Below are positions 1 to 12,048 of a stretch of 64,000 nt of DNA, one piece after another; within the stretch, counting starts at the first letter, position 1; each line of letters begins with the position of its first letter. The stretch is taken from NCBI RefSeq assembly GCF_001194135.2, contig NC_068991.1, positions 8,690,930 to 8,754,929 on the forward strand, in the 5' to 3' direction. This stretch comes from Octopus bimaculoides. Lineage: Eukaryota. The translations under genes and the position numbers were made by a program. A model generated the notes under the pieces. The model searched no databases. It was not told the origin of the DNA and saw only the letters and a program-made list of their open reading frames with translations.

Positions 1-198
1 CTGGTTCGTAATACGGGTGACTAGGCTATAGCCAACACTGCCAGATATTTTGAGCATCTCTGCAGTGATTCCTGATGGGCCGGGGGCTTTCCCGGTCTTC
101 ATACTCTTAATTGCTTTATCTACCCTGGTACTATCAACTTGGATAGCTGGTCCCTCTATTGGGTCGACATACGGCAGGCTCTCTTTCTCCCATTCATT
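1..198 (-). mobile_element. RTE-clade LINE reverse-transcriptase fragment, running off the window edge
   Basis: Manual translation of the minus strand 198->1 gives 66 open codons, NEWEKESLPYVDPIEGPAIQVDSTRVDKAIKSMKTGKAPGPSGITAEMLKISGSVGYSLVTRITNQ. The K-x-GKAPGPSGI-x-AEMLK segment is the typical start of a non-LTR RT domain. The fragment is truncated by (TA)n at about 200-218 and is absent from the ORF track. Confidence 0.85.
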
Positions 199-974
199 CT
201 ATATATATATATATATAAGTATCATCTCATAAAAAGCACCATCCGAATGTGGCTGATGCCAGACTGGCTCCTGTGCCGGTGGTACATAAAAAAGCACCAA
301 TTCATTTAACTAAAATATTCTTCAAGGTGGTGCCCCAGCATGGCCGCAGGAGAGGATAAAGAATAAGCACATAGCCACAAATTTGGTGGAGAGGAAGAAG
401 AATGGTCAATTAAATGAATCTCAATCCTTGCCGAAGATTTTATCGTATTGAAAGACAGAGTTCACTTTATAAGGATTTGAAGTCAAATTAATACAAGACA
501 GAACAAAATCCAACTTGGCATTTTCTTTGATTTTCTTACAATTCTACCAGTCTTCAGTTTAGATAAGCTATGTGTTAGTATAGCAAATGTTTTCCTCTTT
601 TATTTATCCTAATTTATTGTTTTCTTCTTTTCAGAAACCCATCTGTTGTGACAAACAAAGTTGTTTGTCAGCAGGCCTGAAAGTATACCTTCATAATCAG
701 TGACCGTATGGGGAAAAAACCCCGCAAAAAACTCATGAACATGAGTGATTCAGTGGTATTTACAGATTCTTCTGAATGTCTGCTGGAGTATTTAACCATT
801 TCTTTTTCATTTAAAATCCTATAGCTTACATCGTTGGTAATCTAGCAGTCATTTTGCAGTGTATAGAATTTTGTTTTGATATTTGTCACAATGTCCTTAT
901 AAGGTAGATTCCTATAGTTTTTATACTTTTTTTTTTGCCATGTACTTACAGAAACTAGATATCTACATGATTTA

Positions 975-989
975 GACATTTTTTGACAG
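975..989 (+). other. Candidate 3' splice acceptor just upstream of the ZNF ORF
   Basis: ACATTTTTTGACAG|GACAAATTCAAAATG. There is an in-frame TGA at 984-986 and CAG at 987-989, then GAC AAA TTC AAA ATG in frame with the ORF. Confidence 0.5.
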
Positions 990-1001
990 GACAAATTCAA
1001 A

Positions 1002-4000
1002 ATGTCGGCTGTTAATCGGGAGAAGGGCAGAGAGAATTCTTTGAGGGTGAAGGTGAAACGTTTCAAGTGCAATTTCTGTGACAAGGCTTTCTCAACTGCT
1101 AGCAACATGCGAGAACATCAGAGGACCCACACTGGAGAAAGGCCTTACAAATGTGAGTTTTGTGGAAAGACATTTGCACAATCAAGCACACACTCCAAAC
1201 ATGTCCAGATCCACAGAAAAAAGGCATTACTGAAAAAATCGAAGAGTCCATCACAGCTCGACACTGATCTATCGACTGATGAGTTGCAGCTGGGTAGAAT
1301 TTCAATTCCTTCCACATCATTTGACACAGCAGCTCATTTATCTGCTGATGAACATTCTTCAGACCAGTATACAACTGTGATTGGGGATGTAGATTCTGAT
1401 GTTGATGTAATCCATGACCATAGAGCGACTCCTGTCTGTGATAGTGTTGAGAGTGCTGCTATTGTACCTAATGTTGTTAACAATGACCAAATTCAACCAT
1501 TTCTGTCCTATTCCCAATTACCAGAAGTATCAGATAAAGATTATGTAAAACCAGTTATTACAGGAATTTTTAAGAATTTAGCTTGTGAAGTGATGCCCAA
1601 GACTCCTCCTCTCATTGAATCCAGCGTGTGGAATGCAAATGAGCAGATAAGGAATGGAGACATAATATACAGCAATTCTGAATTGAGTATATATCCCCAG
1701 GGCTCAGAAACCAAATTGAAGTCATTTGGCAAATTTTCTGAGGGAAATTTGGCAAATGACTTAGCTGAAAATCTAGAACCTTCTAGAACATTTGAAGAGT
1801 CCCAATCAAGAGATTTTGTAACGATATCACATAACGGAAGCAATGAGGTTATCAACATTGATGATCAGGAAGATGAAGATGACAGCCAAGATAGTTTACC
1901 ATCAAAATCTTTTGATGTCTGGACAAACTCTGCTGGCTCAGTTGCAGGTTATTCTTTGGAAAAATCCTACAAATGTACATTTTGTAATGAAAATTTTGTT
2001 TCTGCTGAAGAAATGGAGGAACACATACAGTGTCACTTGACGGAGAAAGTGTTTAAATGCTGTATTTGTTATCGTGAATTCAACAAGTCTTTCTCACTTT
2101 TACAACACATACAAAGCCATAACACAGAAGAAAAGTTAAGTTCCGTTAGGCCGAGCAAATTGATGCTAAGTCCATCTGGTCAATACGAAGTGATTGACAT
2201 TCAGGAAGGCAGCCGTCAGAAGATTTTGGAATCAGATAGTCCATATGGTGCCTCTGCAAAAAGGACAGTGAAGTCTGTTAATGCCAGAATGCAGTACCTT
2301 GAAAGAGACTACAGATCAAACAATCAGCAACATAATTTAAATGATCCTGTTTCCAGCAGCAGTCTAGACAATTCCAACAGTTCATCATTTGTGGCCCTCA
2401 CATTTGGGGACGCTGAACATTCTTCACATATTGATCTAACTCAAAATAGTGATGAGCCTGTCAGACAGTTGGAAGACGCTTATGACAGTGATGACGACGA
2501 CATTAACCAAGATGTCATTTTGATAGAGCCTGATTTTCCAAAGAAAGAGACAAAGATCGTGTCAAAAGACAGGACTTTGATGCAGGAGGAACCGTCAGAC
2601 AGTTCTTCTGAGAAACTGAATTATTTTGATAGTTACTTTGCTCTGGGAGTACATGAATCAGGAGGTAGTAGCAATAAATCCTTGAAAGTGGAAGAAAGTG
2701 GCAGCACCGACTACTTGCATTCACCGTTTCCTGACCAGTTGATCAAGAATTATAGTGGTTGCTCAAAAGGAGGTATTGTGACAAGTCAACGGAAACATAG
2801 GCAACAGTTTGCCAGTAGGAGAAACCCATTAAAAGTTGCATGCATGTTGTGTCCACGGAGGTTTTCGACTGCTAGTAACATGCGTGAACATATGAGAACA
2901 CATACTGGTGAAAGACCTTTTGTTTGTAAAATCTGCCACAAAAGTTTTGCTCAGTCCAGCACACATTCTAAACACGTTCTCACTCATACAAAGAGTAAGA
3001 TGTTCTGCTGTAATTTATGTGATAAAACCTTCACAAGAGCTAATAACTACAAAAAGCATTTACAGAAACATAGTGCAAAAGAGATTGCTGAACAGCTAGA
3101 GTCTAGCCCAGTGGGTTCCTCTAGTGATGGAACATCTAAAGGGATGGGTATTTGCTCTGAGTTTTTAAGAAATCTGCTAAAGAAAAAGAATGAAATTGAT
3201 CGAAGTAACACGTCCCCTTTGTCTAATTCTAGTGACTTGTCCCATATTGCAGCAAACAGTTTAGAGAAGGAAGCCAAAGTTCAGTTGAAAAAGAAGGATT
3301 TGCAACCAAGATTTTCAACTGGAAGGGAAGACCAAATGTACCAAAGTTATTCTTTCTCAAATAAAGGAGGGAGAAAAACCATCTTTAACAAATGTCGTAA
3401 GCGAAAACTATCACCAGGGGTTAATCATCCAGCGACTGTGCAAGACCAGCAGCAGGAACTGATTGTAGGGGAGAACTTAACTGATGTTGTTGATCACAGC
3501 ATTCATAAAAGTAAGTTGACATCCCTGAAAAGCACAGTTGAAGAACTGCTGAAGACCAACCGTAACAGCTCTAGAGAGACTCAAGTGCTGTTGCCATCCA
3601 ACCCGAGTAAAAAATATTCACAACGTAAAAGAGTGTCGAAATACATTCAGAAACTAAAGAACTACCACCCCCATCGCTGTCTCTACTGTCCTCGAACATT
3701 CTCCACTTCTGGTAACATGAAGGAACACATGCGAACACATACAGGCGAGAAACCTTATGAGTGTGAAATCTGCCACCGAAAATTTGCTCAGTCAAGCACT
3801 CATTCTAAGCATGTTCTAACTCACTCTCACAAAGAACAGCTTACTTGTACATTTTGTTCAAAATCTTTCACCCACCCTGGGCCTCTAAAATATCACATGT
3901 TTCAATGTTATAAAATAAATTATATGAAGAAAACAAAAAGCAGACATCTATCTTCATTAATAGGTGGATCATCATCTTCTAAAAAACAGTCAGCAGATAA

Positions 4001-4871
4001 GGAAACCAACTCTGTAGTTGGTTCAAATTCAAGTTCTTCGGATGGTGAACAGCCAGTGAAATTTGATACTTTTCATAAAAATGATGATGACAGCACCGAG
4101 CAATTACTTCCAAGAAATGCCGAAAACGATCCTGACACTCCTTCTGCAACTTTTGTGGACAGTGAAAATATTTCTAAAATATCTAAGAATATAGATTTAC
4201 AAACATCAAATGTTTCAAAGGATCTTATTAAAAAACTCCCAGAAACGTTTAGATTGTTAACTAAGCAATGCAATGATTCTTGGAGTGGTTCAGAAAGAAA
4301 TTCTCTTGCTGATCAAGACGAGAATTATTCAAAGAAAGACCTGTGCATCTCAGATGTAAAAACTGTAATCCAAACCTCTTCAGATAAAGCAGAAGAGTTG
4401 TCCAATTCTTCAGAATTGGTATCTATTTTGAACAACAACTTGCTTGAAAAAGTTAAGGATGCTGATCTTGACAAAGAAGATTCTTCAGTGAAACAACAGG
4501 ATTCAACGAGTTCTGCTGACAGCAAAATAACTTTTACAAGTCAAGAATCCCTTACATCATGGGCAGAAAACGAAGCCAGTCTGTTCTCTGGAATGAGTGA
4601 AAAATTAAATTATCTAAATTCTTCCAAAGAGAATCAAATAGAATTAAACAAATCTGGTTTATTAGTTGACAGCATTGTAGATTCAAACAAAGACTTGCAG
4701 CCAGTTTCTGTCATGGAGCTAAATTCTCAGGAAAATTTACCGATTAGCATTGAGAATATAAAGAAAGAAATTTGTGAAGAGGACAATAGTGTTGATACAT
4801 TTTGTAACGATAAAACAACACACACAACAACAAGAGCAAACAGGGCAACTGTGCAGTGTGAGGATGATGAA

Positions 4872-4906
<35 letters not shown>

Positions 4907-7900
4907 CGATGATGATGGTGATGATGATGGTGATGATGATGATGATGATATGAAGCATATGTATCAAGTGAAAGTTGAAATTCCTATCGAGTTAAGTAGT
5001 TTCCAGCTGTCTATGACAGCTTCTGAGAACCTTTCAACAGTCAGTGACCAGAATTGTGAAGCTGTAGATGACATAATGGCCCTTAATAGAAACAATCAAT
5101 TGATTAGTTATAAGACTGCTCCCTTCAGCTGCTCATCTAAGAAAACAACCAAGAAGAACTTCCCTAACATAGATAAACAAGTCAGGGGTCTTAAAAGCAG
5201 TTTCCACCCTTTCAAGTGTGACTACTGCCCACGCACATTTTCCACCAGCAGCAATATGAAAGAACACACAAGAATTCACACAGGAGAGAAGCCATTCAAA
5301 TGCGAATATTGTTATCGTACGTTTGCCCAGTCTAGCACACGGGCGAAGCACTTATATACACACATACGGGATCAGAAGTTTGTCTGCACCTATTGTTGTA
5401 AAACATTCACTGATGCTGCTGACCTAAAGGTTCACGTAATGACACACAGCAATGTCAGTGATTCTACGGGACTTCTCTCTACCAATTTTTCAGTCAAGAC
5501 TACTGGCAGCATGTCTACAGACGAGGTAGATTGTCTTTCGGTTGATCGTTCGTTACAAGATATAACGGACACAGACATTCAGAATGATGATGGTTACAAA
5601 GAAGCACAGTATAATAAAGATCTTGAAATTTCAAATGTTGTTGATGCTACTGAAACAGAGCCTGGTCATGTTGATTGGTACCGTAAGAGTCTGGAGATTA
5701 AAGATTTAGATGATTTGAGCAAACTTCAGTCAAAGAAAAATTTGGATAGTTTTCCCATTGAACTTTGCACTAAAATCAAATTAGAAAATGTTGGAGAAGA
5801 TGAACCTGTCGAGGACCAAATGCATGAAGAGGAAGCCTCAGTTGGTATTAATTCTGAGGTAAATTTGACCTTTGAATCCAATAAGGACTTACTTAAAGTT
5901 TCTGCCAAATCACTGAAGAATTTTGGAAATTCAAGAAGTGGCAATGATAAAAAATACTCTTCTCGTTTTGAAAAATCAGGACTATCATCTGAATTCCCAG
6001 TCGATGTAGAATCAGGGTCTTATTCAAAATTAAACCAAAGTGTAGAAAATTTGCCAAAAGTTGACAACTACGAAGGCTTTAGGTGTGTCTTTTGTAGTCG
6101 GACATTTTCATCAGCAAGTAACATGAGGGAACATGTCCGTACTCACACAGGCGAGAAACCATTTGAATGTAAATTTTGTCATCGCAGATTTGCACAGTCC
6201 AGCACCCACTCAAGACACTTAAGAACCCACCTTCATATGAAAAAACACCAATGCTCTGAGTGTGGAAAATATTTCCTACAATTACATAACCTCAAAAAAC
6301 ACATTCAAGTTCACCATAAAAAGAGTTCAACAGCTTTTAATACAATGCTTCCCATATTATCCAATAGATTGGTAAGCAACACAGTAGACAAGACTATACA
6401 ATGTCAGGATGGTTTTAATTCAACAAACAAGGAGCTGAAAGTCACCACTGAAATTTTGTTGCCTTCTTGTGATTTGACATCTGACTTTAGTAGCATTGAC
6501 CATCAGGCAGAACCGGGCTCTGTTGTATTGAATACTACTATTGAAACCCCTAGTGGCTCCACTAAACCATTTAAGTGTACCTTCTGTTATGAAACATTTT
6601 CAAATGCTGTTGATTTTAATGAGCACACATACCTACATACGACCGATGCTTCATTTCAGGATTCTTTGCATTCTCAACAAATATTTCAATGTTCAGAATG
6701 TGACAGAACTTTCCATAATAGCAAAGAACTTGAAAACCATTCTAAACGGCACACTTCCTTTTCTTCATCCATTTTAATATGCAACTCTTGCAATCAAGAA
6801 TTTCCAAACTCTCTTCTATTCCAACAGCATAAAATTCTTTGTTTAGCTCAGTCTGCTACTTTGAAAATGCTTCAGTTTAGTCCCCAGAAATCTGAAGATC
6901 CTTCAATGGATGAGTCTCCCACCTTCAGCCCATATTCTAATCAGCAAGTTGAGGAAAGGTCTTCATTGAATACATATCTGAACTATGCGTTGCCACACAA
7001 AACCGTTAATACAAACCCTGAGACTGATGACTCAGCAGAATTTTTCTCACTACTCAAAGAAGCTGAGTCGGATAAAGCAAGAGAAGATGTAGAAATCATA
7101 TCAATAGCCAATCCCAGTTCACGTTTCAGTATACAAAAGATAAAATTCACCAAAGACAATTCTTATTTGGAATCATCAACTACTGATGTGGCATATCCGA
7201 AAAAACCATCCTTTCCTGATCACCTGAAACTTTATCACCAGCCAGTACAGTCAAATGACATGTTCAATAAAGGAACTGGATTGTCAAATAAAAATCGGTT
7301 AAAGACCCCCAGAAGTAAATATACTCATAAATGTCAGTTTTGTGCCAAACTCTTCAGCACGGCAAACAATCTTCGAGAGCACGTGCGAACTCACACCGGT
7401 GAGAGACCGTTCAGTTGTCGAATTTGTCATCAAAGGTTTGCTCAATCCAGCACACGTTCAAAACATGAAAAAAGTGCTCATCGTGAAACCAAATTGTCGA
7501 AATTTCATCCAAACAGGTCTGTAATCAACTCAGGTAACTCTGTAGCCCACCTGTCGAGAAGCTTGCAACTTAATGATCGCCTGAGACTGCGACGAAATTG
7601 CCACAAATGTGACTTTTGTTTCAAAGAATTTTCATCTTACAAGTCTTTGTGTTTCCACAAACAAATTCACGTGAAGAAATTTGCAGTGAGACGAACAACT
7701 GTGGATTTTAAAGACAAATTAAATGTTTTTAAGACTGCCATTGTTGATACAGATTTGAACCAGAAGCCCATAATGCCAAAGATAAATGACCCAAACATTC
7801 TTGAAAGAAAACGTTCCTGTGCCAAATTACCAAATGAAATTCCACAAGTAGAAGAGTGTTTAGATAGAATATGTGATAAAAGTCAGAAGTTATATTCACC

Positions 7901-10900
7901 GGGAAACACAATTTCTGAAAACCAAGAAACAGGGTTACCCTCTTCAATTGTTAATTTACTGAAATCGAAAGAAAGTTCTTCAGGAAACAACTATAATGAT
8001 GGTAGTAACCTTAGAATATCTGATATAAAATCTAAAAGAAATCTGTATTTGAAAACTCGAAGACTACATCCACGTACTCATAAGTGTAACTACTGTAACA
8101 AATTGTTTAGCACTCGAAACAACCTACAAGAGCATGTACGTACACACACAGGTGAAAGGCCTTTTAAATGTCTGGTTTGCCATCGTAGGTTTGCCCAGTC
8201 GAGTACTTGTTCCAAACACATGAAAACCACCCATCGATTTCACTCGAAACTTGCTTATGAACGGTGCAATAAGACCAGATTATTTGAACCACATACGGAT
8301 TTCTCTGCTACTAACCAATCTACAAAGCTTCCCATGACTGCCAATGATAATACAAAGCCACTGCTAAAGAAGAACCTTTACAAATGTGAATATTGTTCCA
8401 GAAATTTCTTTTCTTATCAATTTCTCTGTCTTCATAGACTGACTCACACCAAGAAACCATTCCAGAAACAAATATTTCAAAAAATGTCACCTGATAATAT
8501 TGTTTTATCATCTAAAAAATCTGATGAATTTTATGAAGAACACAATGTAAATTATAGAGGAGAACCCCCAGACAAATTAGTTGGTAATGGATTAATGTCT
8601 AGTAGTATAGATCCTTTATATCCTGATCCTGACAATAATCACTTTAGCTACAGTTTGCATAAAGGATATGATATAATCCAAAATGAAAAAATTGATAATC
8701 CATCAGAATTATCAAGGTATATGTCTTCTAACTCTGAATCAGATTTTAATCAAGCTCAAACCAAAGACTTAATTATTAATTCTCATCAGAACCAATTTGA
8801 AAACAGCAGGAATAACTCTGGTGAGGAGAACTTACAGAAAATACAAGGTCTAAATTCACGCTTAAAAGAAAAGAAAGACAAAGTTTTACCGAAGATTTAT
8901 TCCGAAAGTGATTCTGTAAGAAACCAGGAAATCGATAACGATGAGGGGAACAGTGATAGCATTTGTTGTGATAGTGACTTGAAGTCTGAAGAGAAATTGG
9001 ATGAGGTAGAAGAATTACCATTGAGTCGGCAGCACAAAAATGGTAAGAGAGAGGATGAAAATTTTAGCAGGAATGCAACAAGTAGTAACTTGAAGGTGTC
9101 GAAGGTTCAGCAGTGTGTTTATTGTCATAAAACTTTCAAGAATGTGAGTAATTTAAAGGAGCATCACCGAATTCATACAGGGGAACGGCCTTTTCAGTGT
9201 TATTTTTGTGCCAAAGTATTTACCCATTCCAGTACGTGTTCGAGACACATGAAACTAATGCATTTTCGAAAAAACGCATATGAGAGCTCAGTACCCAGTA
9301 GTGAAATTTCTGTTCCAATACGTAACAATAACTACGTACGAAGCAAAATGAATCCTAGAACCAAAATTCTAAGACCAACTCATCATTGTTTAACCAAATC
9401 CATAAATCTCATGAGAGACGCTGAAAACTGTGTTTGTCCTAATTGCAACAGAGTATATTCTGATGTAGCTTCATTTGCTTTACATAAATTGTCGTGCAAT
9501 ATTACTTTCAGTGGAAAAAACTTGTCCAAACCTTATTCTCAGAACTTAACTGATTCACTCAACCAAATATATTTAGACATGGATCCATCTCGTAATCCTG
9601 GTTGCTTGCCTGAAAAGTCTTCCAGAAATACCCATCACTCAAGTCATCGTGTTGTTTCTGACTCAAATAAATCTAATGAAAGGTGTGGGAGTACATTTAA
9701 TGCAAACCCTGAAGACAGTGAAGGGGCAGGAGACCCATCAAGTCCAAGGGGTCACTTTGATCATTTAGAAGACTTCTCTGATGAAATTCAGAAACAGTCA
9801 CTGCAATTTAAAACTGAGTGTATAAAAAAGGAATATCTTGAAGAATTGGTTAGTTTCCAATTGACTGAAGAAGACTGGGATATAGATCAGCTGGATTCAT
9901 CTTCTACAGAAGTTATAAAGAATACAGAGAGAGTTAAAAAGGACATGTTCTCTGAAGCAAATCATCTGAAGAAGAGGACCTCTCCAGACAATGTTGAACA
10001 ACAAACACTTAGCATTATGGAGGCTAGCACCACTGATGATTGCAAAGTGAAAACTAAAGTGGAGGCATCAGATTCAGGTCAATACGAATATTTGGATGCC
10101 AGTTCGAATTCAGTGGGCGATTCTGAAGAATGCTTGCAAGTTGATTCAAGGCAGCCATCAGGACTTAGCTTTGATGATGTTATTGTTTTATCAGAAGATG
10201 AATGTTCTGACAAAAGTGAAGACGGAGAGGATCTGCCTTCAACTGATAGCGTTCTGTTGAACTCTGAAAATGCTGGTAAAGTTGTCAAAATGTCTAAGGG
10301 TCATCTAAAGAGAAATTTCATGAAGCCTGAGTCCCCTGAAAGCGATGAGTATGGTTTGAACTTAGGATTAGATGCTCTGGAAAGTGAATCAGTTGGATCT
10401 GATGAGGTAAGGATAATTCCTACAAAGGTGAACGAAACCTTATTCAGTAAACGTTTGCAGTCTCGAAAACGGTTTCCTGCTTCAAACCAGTCTGATGAAA
10501 CAATGAATAAAAAACCTTTAAAATCCACCAAGATCCAGGCATCTTGTGAATCTTTCAGAGTTTCTTCTTCCCTGCAATCCAAACAACATATTTGTCCTTT
10601 CTGTCAGAAGTCTTACTCAAGTGCCAGTAATATGAAGGAACATATGAGAACTCACACAGGAGAAAGACCTTTTTCTTGCCAAATTTGTCTTAAGACATTT
10701 GCTCAGAAAAGCACTTTGTCAAAGCATATGAAAACTCATAAGAAGGGTTCTCTTTCCACAGCTTTACAACATAATCCTGAGTATTTAGATTTCAGTTGTT
10801 CTCAGAACAAGGAATCACTGAAAACCATTACATCTGATGAGGTTGATGGCAATGTAGATATATCTAATGAAGAAGAATTATCTCCAAAGTCGCATTTATC

Positions 10901-11411
10901 CTCTAGTTTATTTACAACACAATATTTCAGAACAGTTTCTTTAGACATTAGTGATACCTCTAGTATTAAAGATAGTAACACTGTTAGGCAGTTGCAGTCC
11001 CATGGTTTAGAAAATGCATCACAATCTGTAGATCGTCTGCAGTCCAATGATAATCTAACTGTGACTGAGGGTGGTGTGACTTCTGTAATCACCAGCGGGA
11101 ACCAACCTAGTACAATAGCTAACTCTTCTAATTTTGCACGCAACAAACATTCTCCCAGTCCCACCAAACAAACACATTCATCTACCAAGAATTCGACGAA
11201 AGCCGACTGTTTTACCAAGCCATTTCAGTGTGATATCTGCTGTAAAACATTCACTACATCAGGAAATCTGAAAGAGCACAGACGAATTCATACAGGAGAA
11301 AGACCATTTGAGTGTCCATTTTGTAGCAGAACTTTTGTGCAAGCAAGCACACGATCACGACACGTTAAAAACCATTTAAAACATTCAGACATTTCTCTGA
11401 TTAATGCATGA
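1002..11411 (+). CDS. Giant multi-cluster C2H2 zinc-finger protein (3469 aa, about 32 fingers, one coding exon)
   Basis: Stop-free 10.4-kb ORF. Ten doublets CxxC..FS(T/S)xxN(M/L)xEHxRxHTGE(R/K)P(F/Y)xCxxC..FAQSSTxS(K/R)H start at 1068, 2841, 3678, 5217, 6084, 7332, 8085, 9114, 10593 and 11229. About 12 additional single fingers, 3 of them C2HC. Canonical TGE(K/R)P linkers within doublets. Confidence 0.95.
4860..4949 (+). repeat. Coding (GAT)n microsatellite encoding a roughly 30-residue poly-Asp tract
   Basis: GAGGATGATGAAGATGATGAT...GATGATGAT translates as EDDEDDDDDDDDDDDDDDDGDDDGDDDDDD. Confidence 0.95.
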
Positions 11412-11709
11412 AACGTCAGCAATATATTTTCAATTGGAAGACAATTAGTTAAAAATCAAATTAAAAATATTGGTCAATTTCTACAAAGAGTCTTCTAATC
11501 AGTCTATTTTTCATCATTTTTTGTTCATTTTGTATTAAAAATATGTGGATCATAACCATTTTTTCATGTTTGATGCACAACAGGCAGGGCAGATTCACAT
11601 TGATTTAGTTCTTTATTTTGTAAACAATGAATGTATAGTATTGATGGTTTGATGACAGTGAATGCATGTTCTATACTTACTGTAGTGTGAAGGGTACAGT
11701 GTTGTAAGT

Positions 11710-11730
11710 AATAAACAAAGAATTAATAAA
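11710..11730 (+). terminator. Candidate polyadenylation signals of the ZNF gene
   Basis: AATAAA at 11710-11715 and 11725-11730, about 300 nt after the stop codon. Confidence 0.45.
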
Positions 11731-11824
11731 TTCTGACAATGCTCTCTAAGAAGGTATTAAAATAAGCTCTAGTCATGTACCTCTACAATTTGTGGCTTTG
11801 TACCAATGTGATTAGTCCACATGA

Positions 11825-12048
11825 CTCCGTAAGGAGCGTAGGGCTGGTTTCTCTGAAGTATATATTCCTCCCTGGATGGGATACTGGTCTGTTAGAGGAT
11901 TATTCATTTTTGTGAACTGAGTGGACTGGAACAGCATGGGAAAAGTGTTTTACTCAAGAACACAATGCATCACCTGGTCCAGGAATCGAAACCACAATCT
12001 TACGATCACAAGTTCAACATCCTCACCACTAAGCCATGTGCCTCCACC
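11825..12048 (-). mobile_element. tRNA-derived SINE with CORE-like central domain
   Basis: The reverse complement starts GTGGAGGCACATGGCTTAGTGGTGAGG...GGTTTCGATTCC (A and B boxes), followed by TTGTGTTCTTGAGTAAAACAC...CCAGTCCACTCAG. The same block occurs at 29740-29915, 30700-30946 and 39905-40060. Confidence 0.75.

Noticed and set aside
1099-11218. Short antisense and alternate-frame ORFs overlapping the ZNF CDS
   Set aside because: They are shadows of a long coding frame, with no motifs or independent support.
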